Assembly: GCA_903854475.1 (NCBI GenBank)
Contig: CAINWP010000207.1
Location: 7,111 to 71,110 of the forward strand
Direction: 5' to 3'
Length of the DNA stretch: 64,000 bases
Origin: an uncultured Verrucomicrobiota bacterium
GTDB lineage: Bacteria > Verrucomicrobiota > Verrucomicrobiia > Limisphaerales > UBA9464
In this document: in pieces, positions 38,530 to 47,457 of the stretch
Position numbering within the stretch: position 1 is the stretch's first letter
Layout of the letters: every line of letters starts with the position of its first letter
Translations under genes and position numbers: made by a program
Notes under the pieces: generated by a model
Seen by the model: the letters and a program-made list of their open reading frames with translations, nothing else
What the model was told of the DNA's origin: nothing
Database searches by the model: none

Positions 38530-40500
38530 ATGGCACCGTGTTTGGCTTCTATTCCGAGTCGGCTAATGGCCTGCGTTGCCGCGCTGACGCTGGGATTGGC
38601 GACGACGGGGCCCGTCGCGGGCGCAGGCACGAGTGCCGACAGCGGGTCCTCAACGGTGTCGACCTCTTCGAACTCGGTCCCTTCGCGGGATCCGAGGCGT
38701 TCACACTGGTCCTTTCAACCCGTGCGGCAGACGGTGCCTCCGGCCTTGGCGACGGAGCCACCGGGTGAGGGGCCAAGCCATGCGATGGATGCGTTCATCG
38801 CTGAGCGCCTGCGGCAAAAGGGCTTGCCGGTTCCAAAGGCAGCGACTCGGAGGGCGTTAATACGCAGGGTCACCTACGATTTAACGGGTCTGCCGCCCAC
38901 GCCCGAGGCCGTCGAAGCCTTCGTCAACGACCCTTCCGCACAGGCGTGGGAAAACCTGGTCGATCGTTTGCTGGAGTCCCCGCATTACGGAGAAAAGTGG
39001 GGACGTCATTGGCTCGATTTGGTGCGCTTTGCTGAGACCAACAGCTACGAGACCGACGAGGTCAAACCCCACGCTTGGCGCTACCGCGATTATGTTATTC
39101 GCGCCTTCAACACCGACAAACCCTATGACCGCTTAATCCGGGAACAATTGGCCGGAGATGAACTTCCGGACAGTGGTGCGGATGGCTTGATCGCTACGGG
39201 TTTCTATCGCCTGGGTATTTGGGACAACGACCCGGCCGACAAGGAGCTCGCACTGTACGACCAACTCGATGATTTGGTAGCCACGACGGGGCAGGTGTTT
39301 TTGGGGCTGACGGTCGATTGTGCCCGTTGTCACGACCACAAGATCGACCCAATTTCCCAGCGAGATTACTACGCGCTGTTGGCTTTTTTTCGGAACATTC
39401 ACCCCTACCATAATGGCGGTGCGACCGATGAGTTGCCTCTGCCGGGCCAGACCGCGGCCAAAGCACTCGTCGTGACCGAAGCAGGTCGATCAGTCCCGGT
39501 GACCCACCTCCTGCGACGCGGCAATCCGGGCAGCCCCGGCGAGGCCGTGGAACCGGGTTTCCTGTCGGTCTTGGGTGCAGCCATCCCGAGTGTGACTCCG
39601 CCGGCCTCCGGTCGATCTTCCGGGCGCCGCCGGGCCTTGGCCGATTGGATTGCTTCGCCCGATAATCCGCTGACGGCTCGTGTGATCGTTAATCGGGTTT
39701 TCCAGCACCATTTCGGTCGAGGCCTGGTGCGTACTCCCAGCGACTTCGGGGTTCAGGGAAGTGTTCCCACCCACCCCGAACTGCTCGATTGGTTGGCTGC
39801 GGAGTTCATTCAGGATGGGTGGAGCCTCAAGCGGTTTCATCGGTTGATCCTCACTTCCCAGGCCTATCGAGCTTCGAGCGTGCCGACGTCGGAAGCCCTG
39901 CGGTTGGATCCCTCCAACGATTTGTTTTCTCGTTTCGACATGCGTCGACTCACCGCCGAGGAGATTCGTGATTCGGTGCTCTGGATGGGTGGGTCGGGTA
40001 ATCCGCGCATGTACGGCCCTGGAGTTTATGTGAACTTGCCGAAGGAGGTTTTGGCGAGTCAGTCGGTGCCCGGAAAAGGTTGGGGACAGTCGCCGCCGTC
40101 GGAGCAGGCGCGGAGAAGTATTTACATTCACGTGAAGCGTTCGCTGCTCACGCCAGTGCTGCTTTCCTTCGACTTGGCCGAGACGGACCGCTCCACACCG
40201 GTGCGCTTTTCCACCACCCAACCGACCCAGGCGCTGGGGATGCTCAATGGATCCTTCTTCAACGAACAGGCGCGGGTGCTGGCCGACCGCATCCGGGGCG
40301 AGGCGGGAAGCCAGCCTAAGGCCCAGGTGCGCCGCGCACTGCACCGGGTCACCGCCCGGCCTCCGACCGAGGCCGAGGTCGCCCGCGGTGCGGCCCTTCT
40401 AGAATCTCTAACCGTGGAGGAGGGGCTCGGCCCCACTGCGGCCCTGGATGCGTTTTGTCTGCTGGCCTTTAACCTCAACGAATTCCTCTACCTCGAATGA
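38530..40500 (+). CDS. DUF1549 + DUF1553 domain protein (PSD1-type, PVC-typical)
   Basis: RRVTYDLTGLPPTPEAV and HYGEKWGRHWLDLVRFAETNSYE (DUF1549); CARCHDHKIDPISQRDYYALLAFF (DUF1553). Confidence 0.88.
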   Translation: MAPCLASIPSRLMACVAALTLGLATTGPVAGAGTSADSGSSTVSTSSNSVPSRDPRRSHWSFQPVRQTVPPALATEPPGEGPSHAMDAFIAERLRQKGLPVPKAATRRALIRRVTYDLTGLPPTPEAVEAFVNDPSAQAWENLVDRLLESPHYGEKWGRHWLDLVRFAETNSYETDEVKPHAWRYRDYVIRAFNTDKPYDRLIREQLAGDELPDSGADGLIATGFYRLGIWDNDPADKELALYDQLDDLVATTGQVFLGLTVDCARCHDHKIDPISQRDYYALLAFFRNIHPYHNGGATDELPLPGQTAAKALVVTEAGRSVPVTHLLRRGNPGSPGEAVEPGFLSVLGAAIPSVTPPASGRSSGRRRALADWIASPDNPLTARVIVNRVFQHHFGRGLVRTPSDFGVQGSVPTHPELLDWLAAEFIQDGWSLKRFHRLILTSQAYRASSVPTSEALRLDPSNDLFSRFDMRRLTAEEIRDSVLWMGGSGNPRMYGPGVYVNLPKEVLASQSVPGKGWGQSPPSEQARRSIYIHVKRSLLTPVLLSFDLAETDRSTPVRFSTTQPTQALGMLNGSFFNEQARVLADRIRGEAGSQPKAQVRRALHRVTARPPTEAEVARGAALLESLTVEEGLGPTAALDAFCLLAFNLNEFLYLE

Positions 40501-41978
40501 CGCCTCATTCATCGGTTCCTTCCGGAAAGTCCGGACCTTTCTGTCGGCGCACCCGACGTGAATTTTTGTGGCAAGCGGGCGCGGGTTTCACCGGTACGGC
40601 CCTGGCCGGCTTGATGGCGTTGGATGCCGCGAAGGTCCAAGGCGCTTCGAAAACCCCAGTTGGAAACGGTGCGAATCCGCTGAGGTCCCAGCGACCGCAT
40701 TATCCCGCCAAGGCCAAGAGCGTCATTTTCCTCTTCATGTATGGTGGCCCGAGCCACATCGACACCTTCGACCACAAGCCCAAGCTCAACGCCTTGGATG
40801 GCAAGACCATCGCGGTGAAGACCTTCGGCCGTGGCGGCAAGCGCAACGAGGGGCGCGTGGTGGGTACGAAATGGGATTTCAAACGCTATGGGCAGAGTGG
40901 GAAATGGGTCAGCGATCTTTTCCCGCACATCGGTGGCTGTGTCGACAACATCGCCTTCTTGCACTCACTGACCGCCGATTCGCCCATCCACGGTTCGGCC
41001 ATGCTGCAAATGAACACGGGCAAGATCCTTTCGGGTAGCCCGTGCCTGGGCTCGTGGGTCAACTACGGCCTGGGCACAGCCAGTGAGAACCTCCCGGGCT
41101 TTGCGGTGATGCTGGATCCGATCGGTGGACCCATTTCTGGGTCCAAGAACTGGGCCAGTGGCTACATGCCGGCGACCTACCAGGGCACCGTCCTTCGGTC
41201 TGCGGGAGATCCGATTCTCGACCTTCAACGTCCGTCTGGCATGAGTGGCGGTACCCAGCGTCGCGTGCTGGATGCGCTCCAGGAGTTCAACGCCGACCAC
41301 GCTGCCCTACACCCCGAGAACTCCAACCTTGCTGCGCGCATCGCCAGCTACGAACTCGCCTTCAACATGCAACGGCATGCGCCCGAGGCGGTGGACTTGG
41401 GGCGTGAGACCGAGGCGACCCGGCGCCTTTATGGCCTCGACGATCCGCGCACCGAGGAGTTCGGGCGTCGCTGTCTCTTGGCGCGCCGCTTGGTCGAGCG
41501 GGGGGTTCGTTTCATCCAACTTTACGCCGGTGGAGCTCACAACGACGACAACTGGGACGCCCACACCGACATCGAGAAGAACCACAACTTCCATGCCGGT
41601 CGCACGGACAAGCCCATTGCAGGCCTCATTCAGGACCTCAAGCAACGGGGCTTGCTCGAAGAGACGCTCATCGTTTGGGGCGGTGAATTCGGTCGGCAGC
41701 CCACGGCGGAATACGAGAAGGGCACCGGCCGCGATCACAATGCCTACGGCTTCACCATGTGGATGGCCGGCGGGGGGGTGAAGGGCGGGGTGAGTCATGG
41801 TCAGACCGACGACATCGGAGCCAACGCGGTCGAGCATCCCCTGCACGTGAAAGACCTCCACGCGACGGTGCTGCACCTCATGGGCCTCGACCCCAACCAC
41901 CTGAGCTTCTTCCACGGTGGCCTCGACCAGAAGCTCGTCGGCGTCGAGGAGGTTCAGCCCATCCGGGCCATCTTGTAG
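40497..41978 (+). CDS. DUF1501 domain protein (sulfatase-fold, Tat signal)
   Basis: RRTRREFLWQAGAGF Tat leader, IFLFMYGGPSHIDTFDHKP, WGGEFGR.P and GRDHN blocks. ATGA overlap with the upstream gene. Confidence 0.88.
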   Translation: MTPHSSVPSGKSGPFCRRTRREFLWQAGAGFTGTALAGLMALDAAKVQGASKTPVGNGANPLRSQRPHYPAKAKSVIFLFMYGGPSHIDTFDHKPKLNALDGKTIAVKTFGRGGKRNEGRVVGTKWDFKRYGQSGKWVSDLFPHIGGCVDNIAFLHSLTADSPIHGSAMLQMNTGKILSGSPCLGSWVNYGLGTASENLPGFAVMLDPIGGPISGSKNWASGYMPATYQGTVLRSAGDPILDLQRPSGMSGGTQRRVLDALQEFNADHAALHPENSNLAARIASYELAFNMQRHAPEAVDLGRETEATRRLYGLDDPRTEEFGRRCLLARRLVERGVRFIQLYAGGAHNDDNWDAHTDIEKNHNFHAGRTDKPIAGLIQDLKQRGLLEETLIVWGGEFGRQPTAEYEKGTGRDHNAYGFTMWMAGGGVKGGVSHGQTDDIGANAVEHPLHVKDLHATVLHLMGLDPNHLSFFHGGLDQKLVGVEEVQPIRAIL

Positions 41979-42051
41979 GGCTCGTGAGGTGTTGGATTTC
42001 GTGGGGCAAACAATCTTTGGCCGCAGGGCATTGAACATGTAGGGTACAATC

Positions 42052-42270
42052 ATGAAGAAGTTGACGGCGATTTTGCATCAGGGAGAACCCGACGAGGGGG
42101 GGTATTGGGCCACCTGCCTCGAGGTTCCTGGAGCGAATGGGCAAGGTGAGACCAAGGAGGAATGTCTGGCCGACCTCAGGGAGGCTGTACATCTCCTGCT
42201 GGAGACTGAACGCGAGGAGGTTTTTCGTTTGGATCCCCATGCGGAAACCGCCGAACTGCTGGTGGCATGA
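42052..42270 (+). CDS. hicB: HicB-family antitoxin (short, UPF0150-type, no DNA-binding domain visible)
   Basis: GGYWATCLEVPGANGQGETKEECLADLREAVHLLLE matches the HicB core; 72 aa. Confidence 0.85.
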   Translation: MKKLTAILHQGEPDEGGYWATCLEVPGANGQGETKEECLADLREAVHLLLETEREEVFRLDPHAETAELLVA

Positions 42271-42461
42271 AACGTCGGGCATTGCTCGGCTATCTCAGTC
42301 AGCACGGATGCTTGTCTCACCGTGAAGGCGGTGGCCATTCGATCTGGATCAATCCGCAGACCGGCCGGAAAGAAGCCATTCCCCGCCACACCGAAATCAA
42401 AAAGTTTCTCGCACAGTCCATTTGCCGGAATCTCTCGGTTCCGGTCCCGCCGGGGAACTGA
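42267..42461 (+). CDS. hicA: HicA-family mRNA interferase toxin
   Basis: L...G......GGHSIW.NP.TGR...IPRH.EI......IC+.L pattern; 64 aa. ATGA overlap with the hicB stop. Confidence 0.85.
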   Translation: MKRRALLGYLSQHGCLSHREGGGHSIWINPQTGRKEAIPRHTEIKKFLAQSICRNLSVPVPPGN

Positions 42462-42491
42462 TTCGTATTTGGTCAAAAACCTCTGCTTGAG

Positions 42492-42514
42492 TGGAGCCCG
42501 TTGGGTTTCGAACC
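42492..42514 (-). other. tRNA 3'-end-like fragment (T-loop/T-stem 3' strand + acceptor 3' strand + CCA-like end); possible relic att site
   Basis: The minus strand reads GGTTCGAAACCCAACGGGCTCCA. The upstream sequence does not complete a T-stem, anticodon arm or acceptor, so it is not an intact tRNA. Confidence 0.3.
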
Positions 42515-42625
42515 GGCGGGTTTAGCGGTCTCCAAGCCAAAAGGCTACAGTCCAGCGGAGTGGTATTCGGTTGGTTTGCAGAGCGGGTCCTTAATGGGTG
42601 CGTGATGGATCCCACAAGCTGGCGA

Positions 42626-42654
42626 TTGACGATCGTCTCAGTTGAGACTATTGA
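42626..42654 (+). promoter_or_regulatory. Candidate sigma70-like promoter with embedded palindrome upstream of the Xre-RES pair
   Basis: TTGACG (42626-31), 17-nt spacer, TATTGA (42649-54). The spacer contains the 6+2+6 palindrome GTCTCA-GT-TGAGAC (42635-48). ATG 42664 lies about 10 nt downstream. Confidence 0.3.
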
Positions 42655-42663
42655 TAGAATCAG

Positions 42664-43197
42664 ATGGGAACGTCTGACACCCAACCGAAATCAAAGGCTG
42701 CCGCTCCGCGTGAGATCGTCCGCCGTAAACCTCGACCCGCTGCTGCCGACCCGAGGTTGTCAGGAGTAGGTGTGGTCCAATTCTTTGTTCAAGGACACGC
42801 GGCTTCATCCACTGCGATGAAATTCACGCCATCGAAGCTGGTTGAGGTCCTTCAGGTCGGCCTGCCGTTCCGGGAGCTTCAGGATTTGCAAACCTGTCTC
42901 GCCGTGGTGTCCGAAAGGCTGGCTCCGATGTTGGGTATTTCCAAAGCGACCTTCCACCGTCGGAAGGGTGATTCTAGAAAACTATCGCCCGCCGTTTCCG
43001 ATCGTGTGGTTCGCTATGCGAGGCTCTTGGGATTTGCTCTGAAGGTCTTCGGCAATCTCGGGGATGCCAAACAATGGCTCAATGCTTCGCAGTTCGGCCT
43101 CGGTGGCGCCGTGCCTTTGGAGTATGCGAAAACAGAGATCGGAGCCCGCGAGGTTGAAAATCTCCTCGGGCGCATTGAATACGGGGTCTATTCCTGA
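42664..43197 (+). CDS. Xre/MbcA/ParS-family antitoxin (DUF2384 toxin-binding domain)
   Basis: The C-terminus AKQWLNASQFGLGGAVPLEYAKTEIGAREVENLLGRIEYGVYS is the DUF2384 signature. An HTH-like region sits upstream. Alternative start at ATG 42817 (126 aa). Confidence 0.85.
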   Translation: MGTSDTQPKSKAAAPREIVRRKPRPAAADPRLSGVGVVQFFVQGHAASSTAMKFTPSKLVEVLQVGLPFRELQDLQTCLAVVSERLAPMLGISKATFHRRKGDSRKLSPAVSDRVVRYARLLGFALKVFGNLGDAKQWLNASQFGLGGAVPLEYAKTEIGAREVENLLGRIEYGVYS

Positions 43198-43652
43198 TGA
43201 CGCGGGCTTGGCGTATCGTGAGAGAAGACCATCGCTCCGCTGCGTTTGATGGCGAGGGAGCCTGGCTCTTTGGTGGGCGGTGGAACTCGCGTGGGACGCG
43301 GATGGTTTACACGAGCATCACTCTTTCTCTGGCGGCCCTTGAAACACTGGTTCACTTGAATCCACCCGTGGCTTTCAAGTATGTGGCCATCCCGATTGAG
43401 TTCGACGAGGCGCTCGTGGAGACGGTTGCTGCGATGGACCTGCCTGCTGACTGGAACGAGGAGCCGCCCCCGCCTTCCACAGCCGAAATTGGCGATCGAT
43501 GGGTGAGGGAGTCGCGCTCGGCAGTGCTGAAACTGCCCAGCGTCATTATCTCAGCAGAACTCAACTACCTGCTCAACCCAGCGCACTCCGATTTCAAAAG
43601 GATCCATATCGGCACGCCTATGCCGTTCTCCTTCGATCCCCGGTTGATCTGA
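43197..43652 (+). CDS. RES-domain toxin (MbcT/ParT-like NAD+-targeting family)
   Basis: GGRWNSRG (R), LAALETLVH (E) and LKLPSVIISAELNYLLNP (S). The start overlaps the antitoxin stop (TGATG). Confidence 0.87.
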   Translation: MTRAWRIVREDHRSAAFDGEGAWLFGGRWNSRGTRMVYTSITLSLAALETLVHLNPPVAFKYVAIPIEFDEALVETVAAMDLPADWNEEPPPPSTAEIGDRWVRESRSAVLKLPSVIISAELNYLLNPAHSDFKRIHIGTPMPFSFDPRLI

Positions 43653-43830
43653 CCTCTCTCCATCTATTTCGGAGGACCCGTGATTGAGTCCCCGTCACGC
43701 CCCAACCCCGACTGGCCTTCGCGCCGGGTCTTTGACTTCAAGGGACTGGAAATCATCCATCCGAAGTGGCGAAGGCACGGCTGATTTCCGAGCCCGATTG
43801 GTTAGAGCAACGGGTACCCTTTGCAGCTCC

Positions 43831-44814
43831 TTACTGCGCCAGCTCGCGGGCGGCGCGGCGGCGGATGGCGTAGCGCTTGACGAGTTCGTCAGTGATGACG
43901 CCTGCGAGGATCACCGCGCCGATGATGGCAAACTCGATGTTGCTGTGGTTGGTCACCAGCGTGACCACGTTGCGCAGCACCAGGATGAGGGCTGTGCCGA
44001 TGATCACCCCCAGAATGGAACCTTCGCCGCCGCGCAAACTGCACCCGCCGAGGACCGCCGCGGCGATGGCATAGAGTTCGTAGAAATTGCCGAAATCGAC
44101 CGGCTGGGCCGAATTAACATCCAGCACGAAGAGTACGCCCCCGAGCCCCGCCAAGGTGGAGCAGAGCACGTATGCCAGGACGATCATGCGTGAGGTGTTG
44201 ATGCCGCTGTAACGCGCCGCATTCTCGTTGTTGCCCAAGGCCAGCAGGTAGCGGCCGTAGATGGTCCGGTTGAGGAAAATCGCTGCTGCGATGGCCACCA
44301 CTACGAGCACCGCCCAGGGAGCCGGGATTTCGAAGCCCTGGATGCCGGGCACCGGAATTTTGCCGGTGGCCAGCACGCGCAAGCCCTTGTAGCCGTCGGC
44401 AAAGCCCACGGTCTGGTCAGCCGTGAAGCCGCGGGTGACGCCGCGGTACAGCATGAGACCGCAGAGGGTGACGATGAAGGGCTGCAGGCGCAGTCGGGTG
44501 ATGAGGAGGCCGTGGGCCAGTCCGATGCCCACCGAGACGGCGATGACCGCCGCGAGCGCCGCCGGTAGCGACCAATGCTGTACCGTGAGAAGCCACGGCA
44601 GACCGCAGCCCACGAGGCAGATGACCGAACCGATGGAGAGGTCGATGCCTCCGGTGACAATGACGAAGCTCACCCCGATGCCGAGGACCCCGAAGAGCGC
44701 GGTGCGACGGATGAGGTTCTCGATGTTGTAGCCTGAGCGGAAACTCTCGCTAGCCCAGGTGGCGAAGAGACAGACCGCGAGCAGAAGACCAAAAATGCCG
44801 AGCAGCTTTTTCAT
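43831..44814 (-). CDS. Sugar ABC transporter permease (RbsC/AraH-like)
   Basis: About 10 TM; [10 protein letters not shown] and the conserved GG.S..GG.G. motif ([11 protein letters not shown]). Confidence 0.88.
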   Translation of the reverse strand: MKKLLGIFGLLLAVCLFATWASESFRSGYNIENLIRRTALFGVLGIGVSFVIVTGGIDLSIGSVICLVGCGLPWLLTVQHWSLPAALAAVIAVSVGIGLAHGLLITRLRLQPFIVTLCGLMLYRGVTRGFTADQTVGFADGYKGLRVLATGKIPVPGIQGFEIPAPWAVLVVVAIAAAIFLNRTIYGRYLLALGNNENAARYSGINTSRMIVLAYVLCSTLAGLGGVLFVLDVNSAQPVDFGNFYELYAIAAAVLGGCSLRGGEGSILGVIIGTALILVLRNVVTLVTNHSNIEFAIIGAVILAGVITDELVKRYAIRRRAARELAQ

Positions 44815-46319
44815 GGGTGGGATTCGGGAGAAGCAGTTCCGGTGGCCAGGTGCAGGATGGCCTCCTCGCTGAGTTGATGGCGGGAGAGTTCGCCGGTGAT
44901 TCGGCCTTCGTGCATCACCAGCACGCGGTCGCTCATACCTAGGATTTCCTCCATCTCGCTGGAAGCAAACACGATGGCTACGCCCTGATCGGCCAGCTCT
45001 TCCATCAGACGGTAAATCTCCTGTTTAGCCCCGATGTCGATGCCCCGGGTGGGTTCGTCGAGGAGCAGTACCTTGGGTTTTAGCGCCAGCCATTTGCCGA
45101 TGACCACCTTCTGCTGATTGCCGCCGGAGAGGAACTGCACCACCTGCCGGTCGTTCGGGGTCTTGATGCGCAGTGACTGAATCATCTCGGCACTGAGAGT
45201 CTCTTCACGGGCGGTATCGCGGAATCCGCGGCGCTGGTCTTGGCGCAGGCTGGCTAGGCTGAGGTTTTCGCGCACAGGCATTCCCAGAACCAAGCCCTCG
45301 CGCTTTCGGTCTTCGGGCACCAACGCCAACCCGGCGGCGATGGCCTGGGCCGGAGTCTGAGCACGGAGGGGTTGGCCACCGATCTTCAAAGTTCCACCGA
45401 CGGCCGGTTGGACGCCGAAGAGCGCCAACAACACTTCGGTGCGGCCTGCGCCGACCAGACCGGCTAATCCGACCATCTCGCCAGCCCGTATCTGGAAGGT
45501 GAGCGGATGGGTGGGATGAGCCGGAGTGCGGAGCCCATCGACTTCTAAAACGGTTTCGCTCCGTGCATGGGGTTGGTGCGGGTAGAACTGCGATAAATCC
45601 CGACCGACCATCAGCCGTACCATCGCGGCGTGGCTAATTTCGTGGCGGGCCAACTCGCCGCTGTTCTCGCCATCCCGGAGCACCACCACCCGGTCGGCGA
45701 GGCGGGTTACTTCGCCCAGTCGGTGGGAGATGTACACGATGCTCACGCCGCGGGCCCGAAGGTCTTGGATGACTCGGAACAAGTTCTCGGCCTCGCCGGC
45801 GGACAGGCTTGAGGTCGGCTCGTCCATGATGAGTACTCGGGCCTGGGTGGACAGGGCCTTGGCGATTTCCACGAGCTGCTGTTGACCGATAGCCAGGGAG
45901 CCGACGCGGGTATCTGGGGAAACATCGAGCCCGACCGCCTGAAGAAACTGGCCTGCTTCCTGGCGAAGCCGGCCCGTATCGATGAGGCCCCAGCGGCGGG
46001 GCTCACGACCGAGGAACAAGTTGGCGGCGACGTCGAGGTTTTGAGCTAGATTGAGCTCTTGGTGAATGAGGGCGATGCCCAACCCGAGAGCCTCTTCCAC
46101 AGACCGCAGGGGCGCTGGAACCCCGTCGATTCGGATCTCGCCCGTGTCGGCGATTTGCACCCCGGCAAGGATCTTCATCAGGGTGCTCTTGCCTGCCCCG
46201 TTCTCACCGATGACGGCGACAACTTCGCCGCGGCTCACGGCCAGGCTCACGCCCTTGAGCGCCCGCACGCCGGGGAACGACTTGGTCAGCGAACGGGCTT
46301 CCAGCAGGACAGGGAGCAT
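44811..46319 (-). CDS. Sugar ABC transporter ATP-binding protein (tandem ABC domains, RbsA/MglA-like)
   Basis: GENGAGKST Walker A and IMDEPTS; second domain LSGGNQQKV and [10 protein letters not shown]. Confidence 0.92.
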   Translation of the reverse strand: MLPVLLEARSLTKSFPGVRALKGVSLAVSRGEVVAVIGENGAGKSTLMKILAGVQIADTGEIRIDGVPAPLRSVEEALGLGIALIHQELNLAQNLDVAANLFLGREPRRWGLIDTGRLRQEAGQFLQAVGLDVSPDTRVGSLAIGQQQLVEIAKALSTQARVLIMDEPTSSLSAGEAENLFRVIQDLRARGVSIVYISHRLGEVTRLADRVVVLRDGENSGELARHEISHAAMVRLMVGRDLSQFYPHQPHARSETVLEVDGLRTPAHPTHPLTFQIRAGEMVGLAGLVGAGRTEVLLALFGVQPAVGGTLKIGGQPLRAQTPAQAIAAGLALVPEDRKREGLVLGMPVRENLSLASLRQDQRRGFRDTAREETLSAEMIQSLRIKTPNDRQVVQFLSGGNQQKVVIGKWLALKPKVLLLDEPTRGIDIGAKQEIYRLMEELADQGVAIVFASSEMEEILGMSDRVLVMHEGRITGELSRHQLSEEAILHLATGTASPESHP

Positions 46320-46355
46320 GAGCGATGCGGGCTGCGCGAAGGGTCGGTGAGCGGA

Positions 46356-47411
46356 TTACTTGCCTCCCACCTTTGACTTTAGATCGGTCCAGAAGGCGTC
46401 GACCGTGTCCTTGCGAATTTGGCGGGCCGGGATGTCGATAAACTTGCTGGCGGGGATGGCTTCAGGCTTGCCGGCGAGCACGTCGTTGAGCACTTCCACC
46501 GACTTGTAGCCGTACATATACGGGTTCTGGACAACGGTGCCGTGCACGGTGCCCTTCTGGATGCCATCGAGGGTGGCGTCGTCTTCGTCGAAGGCGACGA
46601 CCTTCACCTTGTTGAGCTTGCCGGCCTGGGACAGAGCCTCGAGCAGCAGGGGAGGGTTGTAGGCGAAGAGCCCCACCATGCAGCCGAGGTCGGGATATTT
46701 GGCCAGTGCATCCTCAGCGTTGGCCTTGCCCTTGGCGCGGTCGAACTGGTCGGTGAGCGTGCCGAGGATTTTGAAGCCATTGCCTTCGAGCACGGTGCCA
46801 GGGGCGTCGTAGTTGGCGGGGTTTTCCGGGCGTCCCAGGATGGCATCAATGGTTCCCTGACGGCGGCGCTTGGAATTATCCTGCTCCAGGCGACCGATAA
46901 AAATCATTACGGTGCCGCCCTTGGGCATGGCCTCGCGCACAAGGTCGCCGCACATGCGGCCAGCCTTGTAGTTGTCCATGCCGATGTACACCAAGCGGTC
47001 GCTGTTGGGCGCATCCGAATCGTGGGTTAATACCTTAGCCCGGCGGGCAGCCGTGTTGAGCAAGTCGGTTTGGTTGGCGGGATCAATGGGGCTGACCGCA
47101 ATGCCATCCACGCCCTTGGTGAGCAGGTCCTCGATCATGCGTTTTTGGTCGCTGATGCCTTCCACGGGCATGAGGGTCTGGGCATCCACGCCAAACTTCT
47201 CACCGGCGGCCTTCACGCCGGCCGAAGCGATGGTCCAGAACGAGGCCACGCCATTAGAAACGAAAGCAATTTTACGCTTCTTGCCGCCGCTGGAAGCGGT
47301 TCCGGTGGCACCGTCGGAAGCGCTCGAGGCTGCCGAATCGGCCGGTTTGTTGCAGGCGGTGAGCCCGAGCAGCAGCGCGGTCCACACCGAGAGGGAGAGG
47401 ATTCGATTCAT
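46356..47411 (-). CDS. Sugar ABC transporter substrate-binding lipoprotein (periplasmic binding protein family 1)
   Basis: Lipobox LLGLTAC. The KIAFVSNGVASFW...GVDGIAVSPID pattern is typical of RbsB-like binding proteins. Confidence 0.85.
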   Translation of the reverse strand: MNRILSLSVWTALLLGLTACNKPADSAASSASDGATGTASSGGKKRKIAFVSNGVASFWTIASAGVKAAGEKFGVDAQTLMPVEGISDQKRMIEDLLTKGVDGIAVSPIDPANQTDLLNTAARRAKVLTHDSDAPNSDRLVYIGMDNYKAGRMCGDLVREAMPKGGTVMIFIGRLEQDNSKRRRQGTIDAILGRPENPANYDAPGTVLEGNGFKILGTLTDQFDRAKGKANAEDALAKYPDLGCMVGLFAYNPPLLLEALSQAGKLNKVKVVAFDEDDATLDGIQKGTVHGTVVQNPYMYGYKSVEVLNDVLAGKPEAIPASKFIDIPARQIRKDTVDAFWTDLKSKVGGK

Positions 47412-47457
47412 GGGAGAGGGTTTAAGAAACAGGGGGAGTGGGTTGGAAAAACACAGT

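Noticed and set aside
42492-42590. Possible complete minus-strand tRNA (GGTTCGAAACC...CTCCA end, about 99 nt if extended to GGACCCG)
   Set aside because: I tried to fold it by hand. There is no complementary T-stem 5' strand (GCCGG versus the required TTGGG) and no 7-nt anticodon loop flanked by a 5-bp stem. The candidate 5' acceptor GGACCCG mismatches the 3' strand. Only the 3' fragment is kept, as a low-confidence relic.
43684-44193. 169-aa plus-strand ORF after the RES toxin
   Set aside because: Most of it is antisense to the ABC permease gene. It has Ala/Gly/Asp/Arg-rich composition.
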